A DNA stretch of 64,000 nucleotides from Lama glama (lineage: Eukaryota). Below, piece after piece: positions 1 to 11,613 of this stretch. The stretch spans positions 70,124,001 through 70,188,000 of the forward strand of contig CM052816.1 of the NCBI GenBank assembly GCA_028534125.1. The letters run 5' to 3'. The position numbers were made by a program, and so were the translations under genes. The notes beneath the pieces are model-generated. The model was given only the letters and a program-made list of their open reading frames with translations, did no database searches and had not been told where the DNA came from. How positions within the stretch are numbered: position 1 is the stretch's first letter; every line of letters begins with the position of its first letter.

Positions 1-222
1 ATACTATACATGTAAACCTAGAAGTGGAATTACTGGATCATAGATAACTCCACTTAAACTTTGATTTGCTACCAAATTGTTTTCCAACAGTATTTTGGAA
101 ACTGTTCATATTATATTTAATTCCACCAACAAAGTACAAGTGTTCTAATTTCTCCACATCCTTGCCAGCTCTTGCTAGTAACTGCTTTTTTTTTATAGCC
201 ATATTAATAGGTGTGGTATCTT
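1..222 (-). mobile_element. Old L1 (L1M-type) fragment from the ORF2 3' region
   Basis: Antisense L1 motifs: agaagtggaattactggatcata, ttccaccaaca, tttctccacatccttgccagc, aataggtgtggtatct. Confidence 0.8.
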
Positions 223-3200
223 AAGTTTTTTTTTCCCAAAAGTAATAGATTCTTTTTGAAACTAAAGTCATATAAAGAGATTTTGTAATGAGGAAGCAAA
301 TGACAGCAGCCTGTACATTTCAGAGGAAAAAAATTCAAATGCACAACAGTGAACTTTGGTTTTGGTGGATGCAGTTGAGGAAAGTAGCTTATAGAGACTG
401 CAACACAATATAAACAATTCATTGAGGAAGAAAACACATTTCTCAGGTAGAGTGAAAAACTTTGAGATTACAAGAAGTCAACGCCCCATCAACACAGAAA
501 GATTCAACTCTTGCTACTAAAGCACTGGTGGGGGGTGGGGGAGGGGGAGAATGAGGGACACTTCTAAAGTTGGAGGTCATTTGATTTTATGTCCAGGGCT
601 TAATTCCTTGTGTCCTGCCTTCCCCTTTTTGTGGCTTGGATTCACATTTTCCAGGGTAGTTTTAACATTACGTTAAACTAATTTAATTTTTTATTTTCTA
701 ATTTTTAACTTCAGTTTTTTACTTTATAATTTTCATAGCGCCATCAAAATCTTGATTTTTTTATATCATTAATTAAATCATTTACTTTTCTTTTTCTGTG
801 TTATAAAGGATATGGTTTCAAAACCTTGCTTTTTTATGATACAGAAGATCTTAAAACCTATTTTTAAAATGTTTTCTCTTAGAATTTGTTCTTTAGATTT
901 TTGGCCTTCTTTGTGGAGAGAAAGCTCTCTTTTATCAGGGCTGGATTTGGAAAAGAGAATATAGAATTTACTGAAGCAGAAACACAGGGGAAGGGGTAGT
1001 GGTATGCTTTGGTAACTTAGGAAAACACAGAACTTTTTTTTTTTCCCTGAGTACAAAAGTGAAAAAGAACATTTGGAAAATATAGTAAAGGAGAAAATTG
1101 AAATCATGTGTTTTCTTACCACCCAGAGATAATGATTATTAATGCTTTGGTGTATATTCATCCAGATTTTTTTCTATGTATAAAAACAATGACTCAGAAG
1201 ATCACCAATACTAGTCCTTTTGGGCGTGTAGAATCTCACCAACAAAGACGTAGGGATGCTGCAAATACTTCCCACTTTTCAGGATTCTTGCCAACACACA
1301 GAGTCTAGCTCTAGGAAGGAAGGCTCATAGGAAGCAGATGGGATTCAGGGTTCTCAGCCTGCAGACTGAGTTTCAAGCAGGGTTCCAGGTCTCACTGCCA
1401 GTGAAGAAGACACAAGAGATTGAATGGAAGGCTCGTGCGTCAGGGGAAACTGACCTGCTGCCAAGCTCTTTAAGAATGGTAGGGTTATGGCTACTCTGTA
1501 CCTCTTTTTCCTGGTAGGACTGTCTCAGGAAAGGGGATGGACTTGGCCTCTATTGATGGAGCTCATCAGAGGCTCCAACCTGGGGTTCTGAGGAAAAGAA
1601 AGGCAGATAACCAAGCCAAGGACTAACACCGTGCAGGTTGAAAAAAAGTCTTATTTCTAATTATAGTTACACATTTTTTTTTCTAAAAAAAGAAGTCTTT
1701 AAAACTGTTTTAATATGGTGTCTTTTTTCTCAGCTCAGGCTACTAGTGGCCTTAATTGAATGTTTAAAGAAGTACCATAAAGCTTGCTCATAGACTATAT
1801 TATATTCATTAAAATGTTAATGAAAGAAGTAGAAAATTGTATTGTGTTATGCGAAGCAATTAGAGATATTTGAGGAATGTGTGTTCTTGTTGGCGTCACA
1901 ATAGCTAGACAGCTTTTAGCTTTCAGCCAAAGTGTTTTTTTCCCCCCTAGAAACTTTTAATAAGATACAAGCCATACATCAGTAGTCCAATTGTGGGTGT
2001 TCAATAAATATTAAACACTAACAACAATTGTTGAAATTTCCTATGTTATGTCTGCCCTAGAAAGGATTTCTTCAGCAGAGCTATGGATTAAGGACAGCCT
2101 GGGGCTGCAAGAAAGAGAGACATAGAAACTTTGCCCACAGCCCAGTCCCACACACCAATGTGTCAGAACAAAAAGATCAGTATATGGCGGTAACTTCTGC
2201 AGTCCTCCCAGCACACTGAGCTGCCTTTTCTTGCTATTGGCCCTTTATGAATAAGGAGTTGACTCAGCCTGTGATAAGGCAACTGAGAAGTGCTGGCATT
2301 TTCAAAAGGATAACCTGTGAATATGGTCTTGGGTTTTACTTACATATTTACATTTCCCCAGGTCTAGCTGCAACTTGAGAGGAAGCTGGAAATAAGGAGA
2401 TAAGGATTCTTTGGCCCAAACGAAGGGCAAAAGTCAGTCTCCCCCCTGATCTGCAGTCTGGATCTAGTATCTGCGCGTTGAATCTCTGCTGCATGAGGGA
2501 CAAGTGCAGACTGTGCAACAGAGGGCCCCTGTGTGCATCTGACAGGAGAAGTTTGTTCTGAGTGTCACAGTGTTGTTTTCACCTGGACAGGCTAGCATAG
2601 TCTGGGTCAAATGGTGGGGGAGGGTGCGGGGAAAGGACAAATGCTCAGGGAGCTGAACAATGAAAGCTCATGCTACACGGACAGAAAGGAAAGGAGAGCA
2701 CAGCCAGCTCAGTGAAACCGCTGGTTAGCTGAGGCAACGAGAAAGTGGAATGGGGATTTCAGGAAGAATTACATTGTGAAGGCTGAATATCATCAGGGGG
2801 CTCAGAACCATGTACTGGAAAAATGATGGGAAATGCAATGATATGTCCATTAACCAAAGCACCATCACCATCCATCATCTTCCGTCTGTGATGAGGATTC
2901 AAGACTCAAGAGAGGCCTGTCTTGACCTGTGTCTATACTTCATGTTAAGTATTTATTTTTGTCCTTGGTATTAGGAGACGCTGCCGCTGATGGCATTACG
3001 ATTCATGTGTGAGAGCGGGGCTCAAAAGCTGCCTGATTAATGACGCATAGTTCAATGGCGTCTAAGTACGCATGTAGACAGGCTGTCTGTGTGTCACCAT
3101 TGGTGACTTTCCCTCTTCACCTCTGGGGCTGCATGAAATCTCAGTTAACAAAAAACTCCTCCAGGTTTGAACTATGCAGCACTGATCTGTTGACTGCTGT

Positions 3201-5670
3201 GGTTTCCCAGAGCCAGAGAATATGCTGCGTGGCTAGCTGTTGAGCTTCTACACATTCTTCCCAGTTTTCTTTTGTTGACCCTGCTTCTAATCAGGCCCCT
3301 TTGGCTTACGGTGGGTGCAGCTGCTGTGGTTTAGTGCATATGTCTGGGGCAGAGATTCAATGAGCAGAGCTTAGATGCTGATGGAGTGACTATACCCTGG
3401 ATCTTTGTTTTCGGCACTCTTGCGTTTCCACTGATGTTAATTATGGCTGTGGAAACTGCGGGAGGGAGCAGATGGGAGCCCAAGTTACTGTCGTTCTTCC
3501 TTAGGAGAAATCCTTACAGTGCAGAGGTTTACTTTGGTTGACTGCTTGATGCCATGTCTCGGTCCTTTTGAGGTGATGTCCACCAGAAGGCAGCTTTTTT
3601 GAACAAGTGTTCTATTTTTTTTAAGGCTGCCCATGCATTTCTGAACAAGTTTCCTAGGAAGGGGCATTTGCAATTAGTTCTCCTCATTGGATTTCTGGAA
3701 ATCTCCTCCGTGAGGATGGGAATACCACCTCAGTCTTTGGATCATATTTTTGCCTTGGTGTGATTTTGCATCATCTGGGACAGAATTCCATGGAATCACA
3801 TGTATTTTCTTATGCTTTGGGTTTAGAAGTACAGTCAATGAATATATAGAAGTTCTTGAATGATTGCACCAATGTTGCATGATCCTGCCTTCTGTGCTGG
3901 CTTGATTTTTAAGAGAATGCTGGGCATAGTCAGATTCTGGCTTTCAGAATCATGGTTTTGTCTAGCACACTGCACAAATAGATGTACCCAAATTCAACTG
4001 GTGGTGAAGAGCAGATTTCATAGCTTTAGTAAAGTCTGCCACCAATCTAACATGCTGGCTTCATCATTATTTTAGAAGTTTAGGAAAACTTTTTTGTCAA
4101 GATACCTACTTGTTAAGATTTTGGTATAAGGGTCTGAGTTAGGCTAACAATATACATTGAACCGATAGTATCAAAGACGTGGAAATGAAGCAGATCAGGG
4201 TTAAGTTTAAATTCAAGAACCAAGTTCTGTGATTTTTGAGGATTATCCCTGATACCACAGAACTTGAACCTTTTGCTTCATTGAGAAAAAAAGCCTGTCT
4301 GTAGACAGATGTGACATTTGGACACTTGTTTTTATTACTGCATTCTATATTCTGCTTCTTATTAAAACTGCTCTTTTCCAAAAAGGTTTATATGCCTTGG
4401 TCAAAATAAAAACAAAAGAGATGAAGTGTAGCCATAGGAAGATTTCTGTTACTTATTAAGTAGAATGGTTGATATAAAATGATTAATGGGTATAAAAATT
4501 AGAGAAATATGTATTTAATATATGAAACATTTAGTGTATTTAGAAATGAGATGTCTTACACATTATGAAGTAAATTGCAATATTGGGGGATTAAGGAGGG
4601 ATTTACCTTTCTACTTTTGAGTATTTAAAGTCTTATAAAAATGTATTAATTTTGCAAAGAAAAAATGCGTATTGTCAATTTTGGCTATCTTTGAGGAGAA
4701 TACTAGCCTTCTATAAAGTGAAGCAGCATTTTTTAATGGTTGTTTAGGTACCTAAGGATAAAAGATAAATTCAAGCAGACTCTTAGATGAGAGAACTCTT
4801 GAGTATTCAGGTTCAGCATTCCTCAGAGATAAAATTGAAGAGAATAAACATTAAAATTTCGACTATTTGAATACAGAATGAAGCTTGCTCAGGTTTATAA
4901 ACGTGTGGCTATTCACTTTATTATACACAGCTACTTATGCTCTTGACCTATGAGGGAACAACAACAACAAAAAAGGTAGATCTGATCTCATTTCTTTAAA
5001 GATTGTCTAATTAAGGCAGAGAGTGAAGACTTGAACAGCAATGGACTAATCGCAAAGTAACCTAAAATCAAGTTAATGGCCATGTGGTACACATAGTATA
5101 CATAATTTCCAAAGGAATTCAAGATAAGAAAATATTTTGTGTGAATCTGTTAGTTAAGCTGTTCACGGTCATTATGTTTCCAAGACAGGATAATTTGAAA
5201 TGACAAATTCAACTCAAAAGATAAAGATGAATAAAGCATACTTAGTGTTCCCCAGAAGATAATAATTTTTATAATCTTTATAGGTAAAATGCTATAAAGC
5301 CTGTGCTTTTCATAAATTGGCACTATTTATTCCTCCATAAGTAATTAAATTTTCCAAAGAAGTCAAAGAAGTGGTCATAACATATGGAAAAGACCCCAAA
5401 AGAGAATTATTTTATTACGAGAAGAATGAATAGACGGGTAGTCCAGGCAGAAGCAGAAGAAACAGTGCCAATTTTTGAAAAGCACAGGCTTCTGAGGCAG
5501 GTACTGTAGCTGGTGAGTCCGGAAAGATTAAATTGTACAGGTTAATGGCATATTAAGACATTTAGATTTGATCTTGTAAACAATGTAGAGACATTAAAGG
5601 CCATAAAACATGACTAGATCTGTAACTGTTACTATGAAATACATCCAAAAATATTCAGGAATTGAAACAA

Positions 5671-5830
5671 GAGTTCCGGCTTGCGCAGCTGCAGTCCCGC
5701 CTCTGGGCAGAGGGTGCGCGCGCAGCGACGCCTGCGCCCAGCGGCCGTTTCTGCGGCGCAAGTCGGGAAGGACGCTGAGGTGGAGTTTCCAGCCCGGTGA
5801 ATCTGAGGCTTGGGCTGCGGCCCCATAAAG
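5671..5830 (+). promoter_or_regulatory. CpG-island-like segment derived from the VRK3 5' end, with ETS- and NRF1-like motifs
   Basis: 17 CpGs counted in 5671-5820 against an AT-rich, CpG-depleted background. Motifs ttccgg, tgcgcgcgca and gcctgcgc are present. Confidence 0.55.
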
Positions 5831-6310
5831 CATAATTACCTTCTGTCCAGATTGTGGCAGAAGTATGGGAGCACTGTGCGAATTCTGCCCCTAGCTCGGT
5901 GAACCTTTGCTCCCAGAGGAGCGTCAGGTCCCAGACCTTCGTCAGAGTGCTTGAAGCAGCCTTCTGAGGCTCGAGGAGGGGGCTGAATGCTGCTTCTGGA
6001 AATCTCTTTTAAGAAAGTGCAGTGGGCCAGCTCTGCCACCTCTCCATCAGCCCTCTTCTCAGACGGTGAGAGTCCTGGGTCTGAAGATACCTTGAGTCCC
6101 TTTGAGAGACCCAAAGGTCCTGGTGTAGACCCCAGCCCTCTAAAGCGGCCTGCACGCGACGAAGCGAAGCCCTCAAACACTGAAGTGAAACCAAGTGACC
6201 GCCTTGCTTGAGGCCTTGCCCGGGGAGACGGTACTGACAGACCGGAGTGGGCAGCACTGCAAACTATGGATCCCTCCGGACCAGGGATGATCAAGGCATT
6301 CTCTATTAAG
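5671..6310 (+). pseudogene. VRK3: VRK3 retro-pseudogene: 5' UTR plus spliced N-terminal coding exons, inactivated
   Basis: From 5832 it translates to (ATA)ITFCPDCGRSMGALCEFCP*, versus human VRK3 MISFCPDCGKSIQAAFKFCPY. Later segments SQTFV, KKVQWASSATSPSALFSDGESPGSEDTLSPFERPKG and SPQTLK*NQVTALLEALPGETVLTDRSGQHCKL..RTRDDQGILY* match VRK3 up to about residue 182. The start codon is ATG>ATA, there is a TAG at 5892-5894 plus frameshifts, and no introns lie between these segments. Confidence 0.93.
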
Positions 6311-6664
6311 GTACACTGTCCACGGAGGGCAGGTGCTGGGCTGGGCCCGGTCATCTCAGTGCCAGGGTGAGGGGAGGGGGACCCCTTTCTCCGAATGGGA
6401 ACGAAATCCATATCCCAGCTGCAGACCTGCCTCTAGGCAACCTTCTCTTAGACTAGGGACTGCAAACCTACCCCCTACAGTGACAGGGCAGGTAGAGTAA
6501 ATGAGTGCTGGACTCTGGGAGTAGGTAATTGGGAGTGGTGGGGACTGTGGCCAACTGGAGAGCTTGTGCCCGGAGTAAAGAGGGTTCTCTTCTTCAGTTG
6601 CACCTAGTGCTGTCATGTGGGAGTGCAGGCCCCAGTGTGGCTGATGGATAAGGATGATGATGAT
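6311..6664 (+). other. Probable retained VRK3 intron sequence within the retrocopy
   Basis: Starts with GT directly after ...ATTCTCTATTAAG, where VRK3 protein homology ends. It is GC-rich, unlike the flanking host DNA. Confidence 0.65.
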
Positions 6665-7028
6665 TGTTGTATAAACCCTGCAGAGAAAGGATGGACACCC
6701 CCCCACCCCCAAATTTGGCTTGATTGTTGAGACTGATGATGTCAGACATCAAGAGGATATGAAATGTTTATTGCTTGCATAACTGAGGTCTTTGGGGAGA
6801 GCAGGTTTGAAATGCCTTAAGAGAGCAAGGGAAGGAGTTTGGCCTGGGTTTTTGTTGTGGTTAAGGGGGCCAGGGCCTCACTTAGTTTGAATCCCTCACT
6901 GGCACCAAAGAAGGGAACACCCAGACTTTCTTATCAGCTTCCCAGATGTGGGTGGGTGGGGAAGAGACAGGGCCAGGCTTAAAAGCTGTCAGTTGTCAAA
7001 CATTAAAAAATTGAATCACTTTATTGCA
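6665..7028 (-). mobile_element. Solo LTR of ERVL class (MER76-like, tentative)
   Basis: TG...CA ends, a 5-bp TSD-like pair atgat/atgaa, an antisense polyA signal (gtttatt) near the left end, and terminal aaaagctgtcagttgtcaaacattaaaaa. Confidence 0.7.
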
Positions 7029-7069
7029 ATGAAGAAAATGATAACTGTGCAGGGGGTATTAGTATCAAT

Positions 7070-7130
7070 CATACCTAACATTCACTGAGTACTTACTCAA
7101 GGCCAGGCCCTGTTCTAAGTGCTTTATGTG
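7070..7130 (-). mobile_element. MIR SINE fragment
   Basis: taacattcactgagtacttact..ggccaggccctgttctaagtgcttta. Confidence 0.7.
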
Positions 7131-7148
7131 GTTTTTTGTTGTTGTTGC

Positions 7149-7413
7149 AATTTTTAAATTGAGATAAAATTCATATAACATAAAATTCACCATTTAAAGT
7201 GCATAGTTCAGTGGGTTTTAGTGTATTCACAATAGTATGTAACCATCACCCCTATCTAATTCCAGAACATTTCCATCATCTTAAAAGGAAGCCCCGTGGC
7301 TTTTAGTAGTCACTTCCTTTTCCTCTGGCTCTCTAGCCCTCGACAACCACTAATCTACTTTCTGTCTCCATTTGCCTGTTCCGGACTTTTCATGTAAATT
7401 GAATCATTCAATA
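7149..7413 (-). mobile_element. L1MB-type 3' end
   Basis: ttgagataaaattcatataacataaaattcacc..aaccactaatctactttctgtctc. Confidence 0.85.
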
Positions 7414-7869
7414 GAAACAAAAAACTCCAACAATTCAGATGGAAAGCCTATAGAGTAAGTTCATAGCTTCTCAAGCAGGTGCTGTTAACATTTCATACAT
7501 GTCTATTTAGCTAATCACACAACATATGATTGTGACCAAAAGGCACAAAGTATACAGTCTTCAGCACACTAAAACCTTTCCTATATAGTGCTAAAAATTA
7601 GATAATAGTTTTGTTTAAAGTTACAGCCTTTTGCTAAATATTATATAAAAAAGAAAACCTCCAAAGCAGTAAAAAAAAAAAAGATAACAAATAAACAAAC
7701 AAAAAACAACCAAAAAGCAAAAAGAAAAAGAAATTTACTATTTTAATGAAAAGATTTTGCTGGCTTCTCACTGCTCTTATTACTACTTGTACGAACACTT
7801 GCTATTTATCTTTTATTGAGGACCTATTATAGGCCAGATATTGTTTTGTTTTGTTTTACAAGTTAAAAA

Positions 7870-9460
7870 ATTTTTTTTTTCTGGAAAGAACACTAACATG
7901 AGATTTACCCTTTTAACTAATTTTAAAGTGTGTAAGTATATAACTGTTGACTGTGGGTACAGTGTTGTACAGCAGATCTCTAGATCTTATTTATCTTGCT
8001 TGACTGAAACTTTATGCCCATTGATTAGTTAATTCCCTATTTTCCCCCCCTGCACTTCTGACAATCCTGCTCTTTTGTTCTATGAATTTGACTATTTTAG
8101 ATACCTCATAAAAGTGGAATCATGTAATGTTTGTCCTCTGTGATTGGTTTATTACACTTCATATAATGGTTCATATTGTTGCATATTGCAGAATTTCCTT
8201 TTATTAAGGCCAAATAGTAGTCCATTGTATGTATATACCACAGTTTCCTTATCCATTCATCTATCCCATGGACATTTAGATTATTTCCACATCTTGGCTA
8301 TTGTGAATAGTGCTGCAGTGAGCAGAAGAGTGCTAATATCTCTTTGAGATCCTGATTTCAGTTCTTTTGGGTAAATACCCAGTAATGAGACTGTTGGATC
8401 CTATGGTAGTTCTATTTTTAATTTTTTGAGGAACTTCTATACTGTTTTCCATAGTAGCTGCACTATTTTACATTACCACCAATAGTGTCAGGGGCTTCAG
8501 TTTCTCCACACCCTCTAACACTTGTTTTGATTTATTTATGTATTTATTTATTAGCCTTCCTGACAGGTGTGAAGTGGTATCTTATTATGGTTTTGATTTA
8601 CAATTCCCAGATAATTAGTGACATTAAGCATCTGCATGTCTACTATCTATATGTCTACTTTGGAGAAATATCTCTGCAAGCTTTTAGTCTGTTTATAATT
8701 GCACTATTAGTTATTTTTGAGTTGTAGAAGTTTCTTATATATGTTTCATATTAACTCCTTATCAGATGGATAGTTTGCAAATATTTTTTCCTATCCCATA
8801 AGTTACCTTTTCACTCTGTTTCCTTTACTGTGTAGAACTTTTTAGTTTGGTAATAGTCCCGCTTGTTTGTTTATTTTTGTTGTCTGTGCTTTTGTCAGCA
8901 CAGCAATGATTTGGTGTCAAATCATTGCCAAGACCAATGTCATGAAGCTTTTTCCCTATTTTTCTTCTGGGATTTTTGTAGTTTCAGGTCTTGTATTTAA
9001 GTCTTTGATGTATTTTGGGTTGATTTTTTTGCTTATGGTGTAAGATAAGCATCCAATTTCATTGTTTTGCATATGGATATTGAGTTTTCCCAACATCATT
9101 TGTTGAAGAGACTGTTCTTTTGCCATTGTATGTTTTTGACATCCTTGCTGAATATCAATTGACCATATATATGTGGATTTATTTCTGGACTCTATTCTGT
9201 TCCGTTGGTGTATATGTTTGTCTTTATGCTAGTACCATTACTATGTTTTACAATATATTTTGAATTAAGGAAATGTGGTACTTCCAGCTTTGTTGTTCTT
9301 TCTCAAAATTGATTTGGCTCTTTGTGGTCTTTTGTTTTTCCGTATGAATTGTAGAATTTTTTTTCTCTTTCTGTGAAAAATGCCATTGGGTTTTAATAGG
9401 GATTGCATTGACTCTGTAGATTACTTTGAATAGTATAGCATTTTAACAATAGTAAGTCTA
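7870..9460 (-). mobile_element. L1MA-type element, 5' truncated (3' UTR plus end of ORF2)
   Basis: Poly-T head, tgttgtacagcagatctctagatcttatt, then continuous antisense ORF2 (cattgccaagaccaatgtca, catttgttgaagagactg, gggattgcattga). Confidence 0.92.
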
Positions 9461-9524
9461 TATATTATTCCCAATGCTTCACCTATAGTAACATTTAAAT
9501 TTTTTCTATTTCTAGTTTTTACCT

Positions 9525-9850
9525 TTTAAATAAACTGTTGATTTTAGGATACATTTGGATTAACAGAACAGTTAGATAATAGATAACAGAAAAGTTGTGA
9601 AGATAGTATAGAAAGTTCCATGTATCCTGCACTCTATTTCTACTATTATTAATTTTACATTATTATCATATATTTGTCATAATTAATGAATCTACATTAT
9701 ACATTATTATTAACAAAAAGTCCACACTTCATTTGAATTTCCTTAGTTTCTACCCAATTTCTTTTCTTTTTTTTGTTCTAGAATCCATCCAGGATACCGC
9801 ATTACCATTAGTTGTCATATTTCCTTAGGCTCCTCTTGGCTGTGACAGTA
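9525..9850 (-). mobile_element. L1MC/L1MD-type 3' end
   Basis: acagaaaagttgtgaagatagtatagaaagttcc..atccaggataccgcatt..tcctcttggctgtgacagt. Confidence 0.8.
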
Positions 9851-9864
9851 TAAATTAGTATTCT

Positions 9865-10005
9865 TACTCATCACAATAATTCCATGTGGTAGGACTGTTA
9901 TCATTTATTTTTAAAGATGTGAAAACAGGCTAGGGTCACACAGAAATGGGAGTTAGCTCTGAAAATCTGGTCCAGGTCTCCCTCTCTCAACGACTGCACC
10001 AAAGT
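9865..10005 (-). mobile_element. MIR fragment
   Basis: tcatcacaataattccatgtggtagg..agatgtgaaaacaggct..ggtcacacag. Confidence 0.6.
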
Positions 10006-10563
10006 GTTTATAACATATTAGGTACTCCATAAGGGGTAAATGAATGCACAACTGCACACCTGGACTGTGATGTAAGGCAGCATGTGGTAAGTGCTTTAGA
10101 GCCCCCGAAGGTAAAAGTTATTTGTAGGAGTTTAGTGAAATTTGTATAATATTTCAACAATGAGATGAAGTTTAGGCTAGGCCCTGAGAATTGGGAGGAA
10201 TAATTATATAATACTTTATAATTCCTTTCAAATATGCTAGAATCCCTGTCCCAGTCCATTTTTATAACATCTCCAAGTGTAGATGAATGGTTTTCCCCTA
10301 AAGTACGTGGCTTGGGGACAAGAAGTTTTGGGTTGTGGTTTAGTAAACTTTCAATGTCTAACCAAAGTCCTGTTATACAAAATTTCATTTTACTTCCAGG
10401 AGGACAAAACATTAAAAAATATATCTATTTCTTAACCTGTGAACATTTACTCTCAGAATTGGTTTGATCACATTCCTAACCTCTTTCTCAACCAACTGAA
10501 GATGAAGATGAGTTCAATTTTGTTTGATTAATGCATTGTTGATTCTTTCACACCATTCTGGCA

Positions 10564-10673
10564 CTTTTTGCTTATCAGCTCATGTTTGTAAGGCCTGTGT
10601 TTTTAAGGTAGTTATAATGTGTAAAAAAGATGTTATAACCCAAAATAAAATTGATAAATAAGAATAGTTGTTG
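10564..10673 (+). repeat. Copy 1 of a ~110-bp dispersed direct repeat
   Basis: ttatcagctcatgtttgtaaggcctgtgtttttaaggtagtt..caaaataaaattga..agttgttg, nearly identical to 11614-11729. Confidence 0.95.
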
Positions 10674-11415
10674 AATGAGTGAATGAACCCTGATTCAATT
10701 CAAAGAGATATTAAAGATACCTTGATTTTCTGTTGACAAGTAGAACCTACACAGGGTTTCTCTTCTCAAATGAAAACACTGTTGGAGAATCTTAGCATCT
10801 TTTAAGACTTACACATGCTCAGACTCCTTGAAGTCTGTAAAAAGGGGCAACAGAGATGTTCCAGAGAGTTGGGGGTAGGGGGAATCGGCTCCCTCAACCA
10901 GAACCCTAACTCTCTGAATTTGTGAAAAATCACTTTCAAAATGTTCTGGGAGTATGTTTTATTAACCTTTACAGCTTTCTAAAAAGCAAAGGGTAAGTCT
11001 TAGACTATTTGGAATGAACTCTACTGAGAAATTATTTTAAAATGACAACCAGCAACTTTCCTTTGTATTAATTAACTATGCTGGCCTGGGACAATAATGA
11101 AGTGATTCATGATTGGTTTTATGAAGCAGTGACTTTAGAAACAAAGGGCATTCTTCTTCAGAGGAGAATGTAATATGGATGTCATATACTTGATCTTTAG
11201 AGTTTTTTGGAAAATAACCAGACTTTTCAAATTTGGAGCATGTATTGTATTAATGACTGTTAGGGCTAAAAACGCTTCCTTTGGAATTATGACCCCTTCC
11301 CTGCTGCTGGCCCTTTCCCTCAACTAATGGTAGTTTTAAAAAGGAAAAAAAGGAAAACTAGCCAATTGGAAATAGTTCCGGCAGAATAAATTTAACCTTG
11401 CAGGAACCTGGAAAA

Positions 11416-11431
11416 CTGCCCTCTAGTGGAA
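11416..11431 (-). promoter_or_regulatory. CTCF core motif (reverse orientation)
   Basis: Reverse complement TTCCACTAGAGGGCAG fits CCASYAGRKGGCRS. Confidence 0.65.
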
Positions 11432-11613
11432 CTTACTGAAATTTAGGGCTGGAGGGTTCTAATAGAGAGCTGTCTTAGGGTCGAGGGTTGTACGCAATTC
11501 CATATTGTTTCTTAGATTTCTCTACAGCAGTGATGGGGAGGGCAATTTAAAGTAGAAAGAGTAAAGGTCAAATGTGACCTGTAGAGTATGCATTTATCAT
11601 TTTATTATTCTTT

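Noticed and set aside
5987..6211. 74-aa ORF with VRK3 similarity as a functional CDS
   Set aside because: It is an internal fragment bounded by frameshifts in a copy that has lost the ATG and carries stops, so it is treated as pseudogene.
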